Shown: positions 49,600 through 58,901 of the stretch, piece after piece | Layout of the letters: each line of letters begins with the position of its first letter | Position numbering within the stretch: position 1 is the first letter of the stretch | From: Longimicrobiales bacterium | GTDB taxonomy: Bacteria; Gemmatimonadota; Gemmatimonadetes; Longimicrobiales; Gaopeijiaceae | NCBI GenBank assembly: GCA_965203485.1 | Contig: OZ241892.1 | Span: 1,248,001 to 1,312,000, forward strand | Length of the DNA: 64,000 nt | Reading direction: 5' to 3' | The notes under the pieces: model-generated | Told to the model about the DNA's origin: nothing | The model's input: only the letters and a program-made list of their open reading frames with translations | Database searches by the model: none | Made by a program: the position numbers and the translations under genes

Positions 49600-49803
49600 A
49601 GGGGGCTTTCGGCGAAGGGGACCACGCGGGCCAAGCGGGCAAGACGTCGGGCCGACCCGGGAAAGATACGCCGGTTTTCCGCGGCGCCGTCCCGCACTCT
49701 CCTTCCAGCGCCCGTTTCCGCGCGGCCGCTCCTGCCCAACGCGGCGCGGGCGTCTCCCCGCTATCTTCTCCGTCTGCCGCGCCGCACTTCCGCGTCCCGG
49801 GCC

Positions 49804-50568
49804 ATGAAGGGAGACTTGCCGGTGGCCGCTGCAACGGGCGCGGAGCCCGCGCCGGGGCCCGAGCGCGCCGAACAGGTGCGCAGGCTCTTCGGCGAGATCG
49901 CGCCCCGCTACGACCTGCTCAACCGCCTGCTGAGCTTGCGGATCGACCAGCGATGGCGCCGCTTGGCGGTTCGCCGTCTGGACTGGCAAGCCGCGCCCGG
50001 CGGCGCCTACCTGGACGCGTGCGCCGGAACGTTCGACTTGGCGTTGGAGCTGGCGCGGCGGCCGGGCTTCTCGGGCTGGGTGGCGGGCGCGGACTTCGCG
50101 GCGCCGATGCTGGTCCAGGGGCGCGGCAAGATCGAGGGACGCCCGGTGCGGCCCGTCGCGGGGGACACCGCGCGCCTTCCGTTCGCGGACGACGCGTTCG
50201 CAGGGGCGACCGTCGGGTTCGGCGTGCGCAACTTGGCCGATCTCGGCGCCGGGCTCCGGGAGCTCTGGCGCGTCTTGAAGCCGGGGGGGCGACTCGTGGC
50301 TCTGGAATTCACGGTGCCGCCGGGCCGCGTGCTGCGATCGCTCTACATGCTCTACTTCAATCGCGTCTTGCCGCGGATCGGGCGGCTCGTCTCGGGGCAC
50401 GAGTGGGCCTATTCGTACCTGCCCGAGTCGGTGAAGGGATTCCCTGGGCCGGACGGGCTGGCCTCGGTCATGAGGGACGCGGGGTTCCGCGCGGTGCGGT
50501 GGGAGTTGCTTACGGGCGGAATCGCGGCGATACACGTGGGGGAGAAGCGCCGGCCTCCAGGACCGTGA
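49804..50568 (+). CDS. ubiE: Ubiquinone/menaquinone biosynthesis C-methyltransferase
   Basis: VRRLFGEIAPRYDLLNRLLSL.ID.RWR, LDACAGTFD, LPFADDAF, FGVRNL, RVLKPGG, AYSYLPESV..FP. Confidence 0.93.
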   Translation: MKGDLPVAAATGAEPAPGPERAEQVRRLFGEIAPRYDLLNRLLSLRIDQRWRRLAVRRLDWQAAPGGAYLDACAGTFDLALELARRPGFSGWVAGADFAAPMLVQGRGKIEGRPVRPVAGDTARLPFADDAFAGATVGFGVRNLADLGAGLRELWRVLKPGGRLVALEFTVPPGRVLRSLYMLYFNRVLPRIGRLVSGHEWAYSYLPESVKGFPGPDGLASVMRDAGFRAVRWELLTGGIAAIHVGEKRRPPGP

Positions 50569-52138
50569 CCGGTCCCAGCTCCGCGGCCGAGCCGTCGAAG
50601 CGCGTCGTGTCGCCCAGAAGGAGGATGGTCATGCGGGAGGGGTGCACGTGGTCGCGGAAGACGCGGTGCGCTTCGCCCGGCGTCACGCGCCCGATCCCCT
50701 GGGCGTAGGTCTCGAGCCAGTCCGCCGGCAGTCCCAGGTTTCGGTGGGCCAAGCTGCGCGCCACGATCTGCGCGGAGGTGCCGAAGTTGAAGGCGAAGCC
50801 GTTGGCCGTCGCGGCGGCGACGCGGGCAACTTCGCTCGCCGCCGGCGCGGCGGCGCGCAACGAGTCGATCACCTCGAGCAGCAGGCGGGCCGCGGCCAGC
50901 GTCGTCTCGGGCTTGGTGCTCGTGACGGCGCCGACCAGCCCGTCGCTGCGGCGGGGCGTCGTCCACAGCGAAGACGCGCTGTAGGCAAGCCCCTCGCGCG
51001 TCCGCACTGCTTGGCTGATGCGGCTCGACAGTCCGGACGCGCCCAGAATCGCGTTTGCCACCCGCGACGCGAAGTACGTCCGGGACGCGTCGCGCCGCAC
51101 CGGCGTGGCGTGGGCGGCGATCACGACGCTCTGCGCCGTCTCCTTGTGCAGCACGAAGACGCCCGGGCTCGACCGGATGCTCGCCTTCGGCTCTTCGTCG
51201 AGCAAGCCGTCCGAACAGGCGGGCCAGCCTTCGAGCATCTCGCCGATCATCCGCTCCGCGCGTTCCCAGGCGACGTCGCCTACGACTCCCAGAGCCATGT
51301 TGCCCGGACACACGACGGCCCGGTGCACGAACCGCAGCCGCTCTGGAGCCAAGTCCGCCGGCTCGAGGTCGGACGGCTCGATCGACCAGCCCACCGGGTG
51401 GTCTCCGTACATGATCGCGTTGAAGCGGCGGAAGGCGAGCGAGGCGGGGTCGTCGGCCTGCCTGCGCACCCTCTCGATCTCCGCGCCGCGCCATGTCTCC
51501 ACCTCGGCGGCGTCGAAGCGCGGCGTCCGCAGCATCGAGCCCCACAGCGCAACGGCGTCCTCGACGTGCTCGGCCAGCGCGTTCACCCACGACGAGGCGC
51601 CCCCGCCGCCCTGTCCGAAGCTCATCGAGAGCGCCATGGTCTCGATGCGTTCGTCCACCTCGCCGGGCGTCAACGCCGCCGTGCCGCCGGTTCGAAGCAG
51701 GGCGGGGAGCGCCGACGCCGCTCCGTAGTACCGCCGGGGCAGGCGTCCGGCGCCGCCGCGAAACGTTGCGTAGATCGTCACGAGCGGCAGGTCGCGGTCC
51801 TCGAGGAAGTAGACCGGCACTCCCGAGACGGCGTCGGCGCTGACGCGCGGCGGGGAAAACTCGAGTGCCGGGAACTGCAGGGTCTCGATCCGGGCACGGA
51901 CGGACTGTTGCGAGGCGGCGGCCGGGAAACCCCGGACGAGTCCGGCGCCGACGCCGAGAGCCGTCGCGGCCACGGCCCAGCGCGTGCCCCGGCCGAACGG
52001 GCGGGAAGCCGTCCCTAGCGACGGCGCGGCGCGGCCCGGCCGGGAGGCCGCGCCGCGGATGCTTGTCGCGGTTGCGGCCGGCCTAGGCGCGCGAATGCGC
52101 GTTGCGCATCGCCGCCAGGCGGCGCGCCAGGTCTTCAT
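50510..52138 (-). CDS. M16 family peptidase, non-catalytic subunit
   Basis: VYFLEDRDLPLV, LLRTGGT, YGDHP.G, NAILGASGLSSRI...VRTREGLAYS; no HxxEH; coupled to the upstream M16 gene. Confidence 0.85.
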   Translation of the reverse strand: MKTWRAAWRRCATRIRAPRPAATATSIRGAASRPGRAAPSLGTASRPFGRGTRWAVAATALGVGAGLVRGFPAAASQQSVRARIETLQFPALEFSPPRVSADAVSGVPVYFLEDRDLPLVTIYATFRGGAGRLPRRYYGAASALPALLRTGGTAALTPGEVDERIETMALSMSFGQGGGGASSWVNALAEHVEDAVALWGSMLRTPRFDAAEVETWRGAEIERVRRQADDPASLAFRRFNAIMYGDHPVGWSIEPSDLEPADLAPERLRFVHRAVVCPGNMALGVVGDVAWERAERMIGEMLEGWPACSDGLLDEEPKASIRSSPGVFVLHKETAQSVVIAAHATPVRRDASRTYFASRVANAILGASGLSSRISQAVRTREGLAYSASSLWTTPRRSDGLVGAVTSTKPETTLAAARLLLEVIDSLRAAAPAASEVARVAAATANGFAFNFGTSAQIVARSLAHRNLGLPADWLETYAQGIGRVTPGEAHRVFRDHVHPSRMTILLLGDTTRFDGSAAELGPVTVLEAGASPPRVSPRFRP

Positions 52139-53793
52139 TGCCGCTGGGATGCCTTCCTGACCATCGTTGCGACCGTGCGCTTGTCGGCCACGAGGTAGCG
52201 GGACGCCACGCGCCTCACGTCCTCGGGCGTGACGCGGGCGATCTTGCCCGACCAACGGAACGTCTCGCGCCAGTCGTCGAGCGCGGCCTCCGACGCCGCG
52301 AGCTGGATCGCGAGTTGCAGGTTGGACGCCAGTCGCCGGTACTCGCCCGCCCGCATTTGGTTGCGGATTCTCGCGAGCGCGGCCGGCTCCGGCCCCTCGG
52401 CCTTCATGCGCTCGATCTCCTCGTGCACTGCGCGTTCCACGGCTTCGGGCCGGTGAGGCGACCGCGGGACCGCGGAGACGATGAAGAGCCCGGGATGCGC
52501 GGAGCCCGGCCCGAGCCGTGCCGAGACGTGCACGGCGGAGCGGTCGCCCGTGACGAGCCGCCTGTAGAGCGGCGTGGTGCGGCCTCCGGCGAGCAGGGCC
52601 GCGAGGACGGAGAGAGCGGGGGCGTCCGCGTGAGAGCCGCCCGCGGCCTTCCAGCCGATCAGCAGCCGGGGCTCGGCGTCGAACGGGACGACGAGGCGGC
52701 GTTCACCGGCCTGTTCGGGCTCCGGCGGCGGAGGTGGCGGAAGCGGGGCGCCCGCCGGGAGTCCGCCGAAGTACGTCTCGGCCCAGGCGACGGCCTGTTC
52801 GGGGTCGACGTGCCCCACGACGGCCACCACCGCGTTGCGCGCGCCGTAGTTGTCGCGGAAGAAGTCTTCCACGTCTCGGCGGCGCAGGCGTTCGGCGTCG
52901 GACGCGAGGCCGGCTACCGGAACACCGTAGGGGTGTTCTCGGAATGCGGCGGCGAGGAGCGCGACTTCCAGCGCTCCGCCGGGGCTGGCCTCCAGCCGCG
53001 TGCGACGCTCTTCCAGCGCCACGTCGAGCTCCGTGTGGAACTCTCGGAACACCGGCCTCGCCGCGCGGTCCGATTCCAGCGCGAACCAAAGCTCCGCGCG
53101 GTTCTTCGGCAGCTCCACGAAGTAGCTGGTCGCCTCGTGCGTCGTCGTGGCGTTCAGGTTGCGCGCTCCGGCCTTGGAGAGAATTCGGTCGAACTCGTTG
53201 GGAATAACGTAGATGTGTGCATCGTCTTCAAGTTTTGCTAGAACATCGGCAAGTCGCTCGGCGCCGGTTGCGTCCGGCGAGTCGGCGCGGAGTTCGGCAA
53301 CCATGGAGTCGCGAACTTGGTCCACCGCGGCCAGCGCCGCGCGCTCGGCCCCCCAGTCCCTCGTGCCGATCTCGCGCGATCCCTTGAAAAGGAGATGCTC
53401 GAGCAGATGGGCCGCGCCCGTGGCGCCCGGCTTCTCGTTCACCGAGCCCACCGGGTAGTGGACCACGAACGCCACGGTGGGCGACTGGCGCCGTTCCAGG
53501 ATCAGAAACGTCATTCCGTTGCCCAGCACGTGGCGGACGACGGGCAGCTGCTCCCCGGGGGCGGGCGGCGCCTGGGCGGGCGCCGGGCCGCGGAGCAGGA
53601 GCGCCAGCACGGCGGCCACGGCCGTCTGCCCCGCCCGCCGCGATGTCGCGCGCCGCGGTGCCCGCAACCGGCGGGCCGGGCCGGGCGCGAAGGCGGCGAG
53701 ATCCGGCGGCGCGCCGAGGCGCCTCCCCGGAAACGCGGTGCGGACCTGCGGCCGCGCGGCCAGCGAGGGACGGGACGAGAGGCGCGCGCTCAA
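52135..53793 (-). CDS. M16 family zinc peptidase, catalytic subunit
   Basis: LGNGMTFL, VGSVNE.PG.TGAAHLLEHLLFKGS, LNATT, LESDR, EERR, HPYG.PVAG; start uncertain (TTG overlapping the mutM stop). Confidence 0.88.
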   Translation of the reverse strand: MSARLSSRPSLAARPQVRTAFPGRRLGAPPDLAAFAPGPARRLRAPRRATSRRAGQTAVAAVLALLLRGPAPAQAPPAPGEQLPVVRHVLGNGMTFLILERRQSPTVAFVVHYPVGSVNEKPGATGAAHLLEHLLFKGSREIGTRDWGAERAALAAVDQVRDSMVAELRADSPDATGAERLADVLAKLEDDAHIYVIPNEFDRILSKAGARNLNATTTHEATSYFVELPKNRAELWFALESDRAARPVFREFHTELDVALEERRTRLEASPGGALEVALLAAAFREHPYGVPVAGLASDAERLRRRDVEDFFRDNYGARNAVVAVVGHVDPEQAVAWAETYFGGLPAGAPLPPPPPPEPEQAGERRLVVPFDAEPRLLIGWKAAGGSHADAPALSVLAALLAGGRTTPLYRRLVTGDRSAVHVSARLGPGSAHPGLFIVSAVPRSPHRPEAVERAVHEEIERMKAEGPEPAALARIRNQMRAGEYRRLASNLQLAIQLAASEAALDDWRETFRWSGKIARVTPEDVRRVASRYLVADKRTVATMVRKASQRQ

Positions 53794-54680
53794 TGTTCTC
53801 GCGCGAAGGCGCTGGGATGGGCGCGAGCGAGCTTCGGGCCGCCGGCGGCGCGCCCCGCGGGAAGCCGCTGGCAGCGCGGGCAGAGGAAGGCCGATCGGCC
53901 GCCGAAGACGAGGCGCTCGATCGGCTCGGCGCAACGCGGGCACGGCCGGCCGGCGGCGCCGTAGGCGCGCAGCGCGAGGCCGAACGCGCCCTCCTCGCCC
54001 GAGGTCGTGCGGTAGTCGCGGAGCGTCGTGCCGTTGGCGCGGATGGCGTCGCGAAGGACGCTGCGCAGACGCCGGTGGAGCCGGCCGGCGGCGGCCGCGC
54101 GGATGTCGTTGGCCGGGTGCGCGGGATGCACGGCGGCCCGCCAGAGCGACTCGACCGCGTAGATGTTGCCCACGCCGGCAACCTTGCGCTGGTCGAGCAG
54201 GAGCGAGCGCACGGGAGACCGCGAGGTGGAGAGGATGCCGCGCCAGCGGGCGGCGGTGAAGGCGGGCGAGAGGGGCTCGGGCCCAAGGCGCGCCGACCAC
54301 TCCTCCCAGCGGAGGCGGGGCATGTGCGCGACCCGTCCGAACCGCCGGACGTCGTCGTACGTGACCGCGCCGCCCCCTTCCAAGTGGAAGAAGACGGCCG
54401 GGTGCGCCGAGCCCGGAGCCGGCGGCGGATCGCCCGAAGCCAGCAAGCGGCCCGTCATTCCCAGGTTGACCACGATGCGGGCGCCGTCTTCCAGCCGCGC
54501 GACGACGTTCTTGCCGCGCCTGCCCACGGCCACGACGCGCTTGCCTTCGGCGGCGGCCAAGTGGCCGGGCTCCCCGGCCACGACGTCGGGCCTCAGCACG
54601 GCAACGGCCGCCAGGACGCGTCCCGCGAGGAACGAGTCCAGTTCCCGCGAGATGGTCTCGGCCTCGGGGAGTTCGGGCAC
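53790..54680 (-). CDS. mutM: Formamidopyrimidine-DNA glycosylase
   Basis: N-terminal PELPEAETI, RRGK, NLGMTG, DVRRFG, LGPEPL, LLDQ..VAGVGNIYA.E.L, zinc finger CPRC...CPRCQ. Confidence 0.95.
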   Translation of the reverse strand: MPELPEAETISRELDSFLAGRVLAAVAVLRPDVVAGEPGHLAAAEGKRVVAVGRRGKNVVARLEDGARIVVNLGMTGRLLASGDPPPAPGSAHPAVFFHLEGGGAVTYDDVRRFGRVAHMPRLRWEEWSARLGPEPLSPAFTAARWRGILSTSRSPVRSLLLDQRKVAGVGNIYAVESLWRAAVHPAHPANDIRAAAAGRLHRRLRSVLRDAIRANGTTLRDYRTTSGEEGAFGLALRAYGAAGRPCPRCAEPIERLVFGGRSAFLCPRCQRLPAGRAAGGPKLARAHPSAFAREH

Positions 54681-54687
54681 GGCCGCG

Positions 54688-55008
54688 CTACGCCACCTTG
54701 ACCGCAGTCCCGGTGGCCGACACCATGAGCATCCCGTTGCCCGAGCCGAGGACTTCGTAGTCCAGGTCGACGGCGACGACGGCGTCGGCGCCTCGCCCCT
54801 TCGCCTCGGCGGCCATTTCGTGCATCGCATGCTCGCGGGCCGCCCGCAGCGCCTTCTCGTAGCTGCCCGACCGGCCGCCCACGATGTCGCGCAGGCTGGC
54901 CAAGATGTCCTTGACGACGTTGGCGCCGATTATGGCCTCGCCGGTGACGATGCCCAGGTACGCGGTGACGCTCCGTCCTTCGAGCGACGGCGTGGTGGAT
55001 ACGATCAT
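54688..55008 (-). CDS. UPF0145 / YbjQ family protein
   Basis: [11 protein letters not shown]...[35 protein letters not shown]...[13 protein letters not shown]...[11 protein letters not shown]. Confidence 0.93.
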   Translation of the reverse strand: MIVSTTPSLEGRSVTAYLGIVTGEAIIGANVVKDILASLRDIVGGRSGSYEKALRAAREHAMHEMAAEAKGRGADAVVAVDLDYEVLGSGNGMLMVSATGTAVKVA

Positions 55009-56342
55009 GGGGTCTCTCCGTGAGCTTGGGTCAGAGGTTCGCTGAACTCGCCGCCGCGCCGGCCGTGGTTCAGCCGGCGCAGGCGAGCGGACTCCCGCCA
55101 GCCGATGTCGCGGCGAAACTGCTTGCCGTCGAACGAGACCGCTTCGGCCGCCGCCCGGCTGGCCTTGCGGGCCTCGTCGAAGGAGCTTGCCACCGCCGTG
55201 GCCGCCAGCACGCGGCCGCCCGAGGTCTCCAGGCCGCCGGCGCCCTTCGACGTGCCGGCGTGGAAGAGGATGGTGTCGCCGGGGAGCGCCGGCACCGAGA
55301 TCGGCGCGCCGCCCGCGCAAGCGCCGGGATAGCCGCGCGCGGCCAGGACCGTGCAGACGGCCGCGGCGTCGCGAAACCGGGGCTCGTGCCCGGCGATGCC
55401 GTCGCCCCGGGCCACGGCCAGCATCGGGTCCAGCAGCGACGACTCCATCAGCGGCAGGACCGCCTGCGTCTCGGGATCGCCGAAGCGACAGTTGAACTCG
55501 ACGACCTTCGGGCCGTCGCGGGTGATCGCCAGCCCGGCGTAGAGGAGCCCCGAGAAGGGACGTCCGGCCTCGGCCAGCGCGGCCAGCGTGGGCGCGGCGA
55601 CCCGCTCGCCGATCTCGTCCAGCAGACTGTCCGTCGCGAGTCCAACGGGCGCGTAGGCGCCCATGCCGCCCGTATTCGGTCCCCGGTCGCCTTCTCCAAC
55701 GCGCTTGTGGTCCTGCGACGGCAACAGAGGCACGAACTGCTCTCCCGAAGCGAAGAAGAAGACGGACATCTCCTCGCCTTCGAGAAACTCTTCGATCACA
55801 ACCCGCTTCCCGGCGTCCCCGAACGCGCCGTCGAAGGCGCGCCGCGCGGCCGCGACCCCGTCGTCCGCCGACGCGCAGACGGAAACGCCCTTGCCCGCCG
55901 CCAGCCCGGAAGCCTTGATCACCACGGGCGGCCGCATCGACTCGATGCAAGCGACGGCCGCTTCCAGTTCGTCGTGGACTTCGAAGGCGGCCGTCGGCAC
56001 ACCGGCGCGCGCCATCAGCTTCTTCGCAAACGCCTTGCTGGACTCGATGCGGGCCGCCGCCGCGGACGGCCCGAACGCGGGCACGCCGGCCTCGCCGAGC
56101 CGATCGGCCATTCCTCCCGCGAGCGGAGCCTCGGGGCCCACCACGGCCAAGTCGATCCGGGCGCCGGCGGCCCAAGCGGCCACCGCCTCGCCGTCCTGGG
56201 GGCTCAAGTCCACGGCTTCGCACTCGCCGGCCATCCCGCCGTTGGGCCGCGTGGCGAAGAACGAGGCGTCCGGCGCGTCCCGGCGCAGCTTCCACAGCAG
56301 GGCGTGCTCGCGGCCTCCGGCGCCCACGATCAGAACTCGCAT
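55005..56342 (-). CDS. purD: Phosphoribosylamine--glycine ligase
   Basis: [88 protein letters not shown]. Confidence 0.97.
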   Translation of the reverse strand: MRVLIVGAGGREHALLWKLRRDAPDASFFATRPNGGMAGECEAVDLSPQDGEAVAAWAAGARIDLAVVGPEAPLAGGMADRLGEAGVPAFGPSAAAARIESSKAFAKKLMARAGVPTAAFEVHDELEAAVACIESMRPPVVIKASGLAAGKGVSVCASADDGVAAARRAFDGAFGDAGKRVVIEEFLEGEEMSVFFFASGEQFVPLLPSQDHKRVGEGDRGPNTGGMGAYAPVGLATDSLLDEIGERVAAPTLAALAEAGRPFSGLLYAGLAITRDGPKVVEFNCRFGDPETQAVLPLMESSLLDPMLAVARGDGIAGHEPRFRDAAAVCTVLAARGYPGACAGGAPISVPALPGDTILFHAGTSKGAGGLETSGGRVLAATAVASSFDEARKASRAAAEAVSFDGKQFRRDIGWRESARLRRLNHGRRGGEFSEPLTQAHGETP

Positions 56343-56379
56343 TCGCGCCCGCTCTCCCTCGCCGCCGCTGGGTCCTCGC

Positions 56380-57384
56380 CTACTTTCGGAACGATTCCAT
56401 GAAGCCTTCGCCCGCGCGCCGGGCGGCTCCAGCCATCTGCCCGAAGACGTCCTTGGCGAAGTCCGCGGCTCCGGAAGCGTAGGCGCTGGCCGCCTCGCCC
56501 AGGTCCTGCTTGTACGCCGGGTCGGGCTCGTCGCGCCGCTGGTACTCGCCTCGCAGCACGCGGTCGTAGTCTCCCGTCTCGATCCACGCCCGCAGCTCCG
56601 AGAGGCGCAGCACCCAGAACGGATGCGTCTGCCCCAGCAGGTTCAGCACCTTGAACACTTGGTCGACCAAGTCTCCCGACTCCCGGTAGTCCTCGGCTTG
56701 GCGCACGAACTCGGGCAGCGACGTCTCGCCCTCCTCGCCTCCGCCGGCCATCACGAGCATCGCCTCCATGGCGTCGTCCGCTTCCTGGATCGCCAGCAGT
56801 CCGGCCCGGTCCGCCGACAGCTCGCTCTTGCGTTGCCACTCCAGCAGGCCCACGAGCACGGCGCGCGCCGCCAGGCCGACGATCGGAAAGCCCAGCTTCG
56901 CCAAGGCGAGCAGCAGTTCGGTCATCGTCCGGTAGAGCACGTGGTCGCTCATGACGTGTCCGACCTCGTGGCCCAGCACGAACGAGACCTGGCGGTCGTT
57001 CAGCAGCCTGATCGTGCCCGAGTTCAGGATGATGAACGGCTTGCTCATGCCGTAGGCGCCGGCGTTCACGACCGGGTTCTGCGAGACGAAGAGGGGATAC
57101 TTCTCCGGCGCGTCCAGCGTCTCGCACACCTCGCCGTAGAGTTCCCAGATGCGGGGAAACTGCGTTTCGCCGACACGCACCGCGTTGGCTTGGAAGGCCA
57201 AGCGGATGGGCTTCTCGCCGAAGATGCCGAACACCGTTCTGAGCACCTTGTCGAACATGGGGAGCTTGCGCAGAGCCGCGAGGGCCGCCCGGTCCGCCGG
57301 GTGCTCCCAAACCCGCGAGGAGATGTCGGCGAGGATGCGCCGGGCGCGCGCCTGCTCCGCGCCGTCCGAGGTCGCGTCGGTCAT
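56380..57384 (-). CDS. M48 family (HtpX/Ste24-like) zinc metallopeptidase
   Basis: WEHPADRAAL, NAGAYG, LGHEVGH, ELSADRAGLL, THP...R. Confidence 0.9.
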   Translation of the reverse strand: MTDATSDGAEQARARRILADISSRVWEHPADRAALAALRKLPMFDKVLRTVFGIFGEKPIRLAFQANAVRVGETQFPRIWELYGEVCETLDAPEKYPLFVSQNPVVNAGAYGMSKPFIILNSGTIRLLNDRQVSFVLGHEVGHVMSDHVLYRTMTELLLALAKLGFPIVGLAARAVLVGLLEWQRKSELSADRAGLLAIQEADDAMEAMLVMAGGGEEGETSLPEFVRQAEDYRESGDLVDQVFKVLNLLGQTHPFWVLRLSELRAWIETGDYDRVLRGEYQRRDEPDPAYKQDLGEAASAYASGAADFAKDVFGQMAGAARRAGEGFMESFRK

Positions 57385-57425
57385 CGGTGTCCTTTCGTCG
57401 ATTCGTGGGAGCCCGCGCTAGCCAG

Positions 57426-57452
57426 GACGAAAGCGCGGGCGCGCGGGTTTCC
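57426..57452 (-). promoter_or_regulatory. Candidate ECF promoter (GGAAAC-N17-CGTC) upstream of the M48 protease
   Basis: Minus strand GGAAAC ccgcgcgcccgcgcttt CGTC, about 40 nt upstream of ATG 57384; same spacing as the 48848-48874 element. Confidence 0.4.
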
Positions 57453-57466
57453 CGGTTGCGAGGCGC

Positions 57467-58615
57467 TCACTCTTCGAGGGCTCGGCGAAGATCGCCGATC
57501 AGGTCGCGCGCGTCCTCGATTCCGACGGACAAGCGCACCAAGTCGTCGGTGACGCCGTCGCGCAGGCGCTGATCCTCGGGGACGGCGTCGTGGGTCATGA
57601 CGACAGGCACGCTGATCATCGACTCCACGCCGCCCAGGCTCGTGGCGACCCTGAACAGGCGGACGCCCGCGACCAGGCGCTTGGCCGCTTCTTCGTCCAG
57701 ACGCAGCGAGACCATGCCGGAGAAGCCCCTCATCTGGCGCGCGGCCAAGTCGTGCTGGGGATGGGACGCCAGGCCCGGATAGTGCACTTCGCGCACTCCG
57801 CGCGCCGTCCGGAGGAACTCGGCGACGCGCTGGCCGTTCTCGTTGTGGCGCTCCATGCGGACGTGCAGCGTCTTCGTGCCGCGCAGGACCAGCCAGCTGT
57901 CCATCGGGCCGGGCACGGGGCCGGTCGACTTGCGCGTGAAGCGCAGCTCCTCGGCAAGCGGGTCGTCGTCGACCACCAGGACGCCGAAGAGGACGTCGGA
58001 GTGGCCGTTCAGGTACTTGGTGGCGGAATGCATGACCACGTCGGCGCCCAGATCGAGAGGATTCTGGTTGAAGGGCGAGGCGAAGGTGTTGTCCACGCAC
58101 AAGAGCGCCCCGCGCTCGCGGGCCGCGGCGGCCAGGGCGGCGACGTCGGACACGCGGAGCAGGGGATTGGTCGGCGTCTCGACGTGGACGAGCTTGGTGT
58201 CGGGCCGCATCGCCCGGCGGACGGCGTCCGCGTCTTGGCAACCCACGACTGTGCACCGGATGCCGGCCCTGGGCAGCACCTCCGCGAACAGGCGGTGCGT
58301 TCCTCCGTACACGTTGGACTCGCAGACGACGTGGCCGCCGGCGGCGACGGTCTTGGCCAAGCATTCGATCGCGGCCAAGCCGCTCGAAAACGCGACCCCG
58401 TGCCGCCCGTTCTCGAGAGCGGCGACGTTGGCCTCCGCTGCCTCGCGCGTCGGATTGTGGAGTCGGCCGTATTCGTAGCCCTTGTCGCGGCCGGGGGCCT
58501 CCAAGGCGTACGTCGAGGTCTGAAAGATGGGCGTGGAAACGGCGCCTGTGACGGGTTCGGGGGCTTGTCCGGCGTGGACGCAGCGGGTTGCGAAGCGTTG
58601 GGAGGAGTCGGGCAC
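57467..58615 (-). CDS. Cystathionine gamma-lyase/synthase (MetB/MccB family)
   Basis: FATRCVHAGQ, PIFQTSTY, YEYGRLHNPTR, FSSGLAAI, ETPTNP, VDNTFASP, HSATKYLNGHSD, SLGGVESM, RLSVGIED. Confidence 0.92.
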   Translation of the reverse strand: MPDSSQRFATRCVHAGQAPEPVTGAVSTPIFQTSTYALEAPGRDKGYEYGRLHNPTREAAEANVAALENGRHGVAFSSGLAAIECLAKTVAAGGHVVCESNVYGGTHRLFAEVLPRAGIRCTVVGCQDADAVRRAMRPDTKLVHVETPTNPLLRVSDVAALAAAARERGALLCVDNTFASPFNQNPLDLGADVVMHSATKYLNGHSDVLFGVLVVDDDPLAEELRFTRKSTGPVPGPMDSWLVLRGTKTLHVRMERHNENGQRVAEFLRTARGVREVHYPGLASHPQHDLAARQMRGFSGMVSLRLDEEAAKRLVAGVRLFRVATSLGGVESMISVPVVMTHDAVPEDQRLRDGVTDDLVRLSVGIEDARDLIGDLRRALEE

Positions 58616-58901
58616 GCGGTTCGTCTCTTTGGGAAGCCGGAGGGGTCGCCGGATCAGCGCGGGGGACGCGGCAATCTACGCCAACCGACGGGGCTTCGCT
58701 TGCAGCGGCGGTGCGCCTTCGGTCCGGTGGACGGCCGTCGTGTGGGACTCCTGCGGCGGTACGGGGCGGGGGCCCGGAGCCCATGGGCCAAGACCGGTTC
58801 CTGCGGCGGCGCGCGGGGGGCTAGCTTTCGGACCACCCCGCTCGCTTGGCCGTCTGCGCCTCGCCGCCCCGCGGCGCGCCTTTCCTCCTGGAGCCCCGCC
58901 A

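Noticed and set aside
58616..58901. Possible SAM riboswitch or glmS ribozyme in the lyase/glmM divergent region
   Set aside because: No consensus elements of either RNA recognised; only a short tcctgcggcgg duplication. An Rfam search would settle it.
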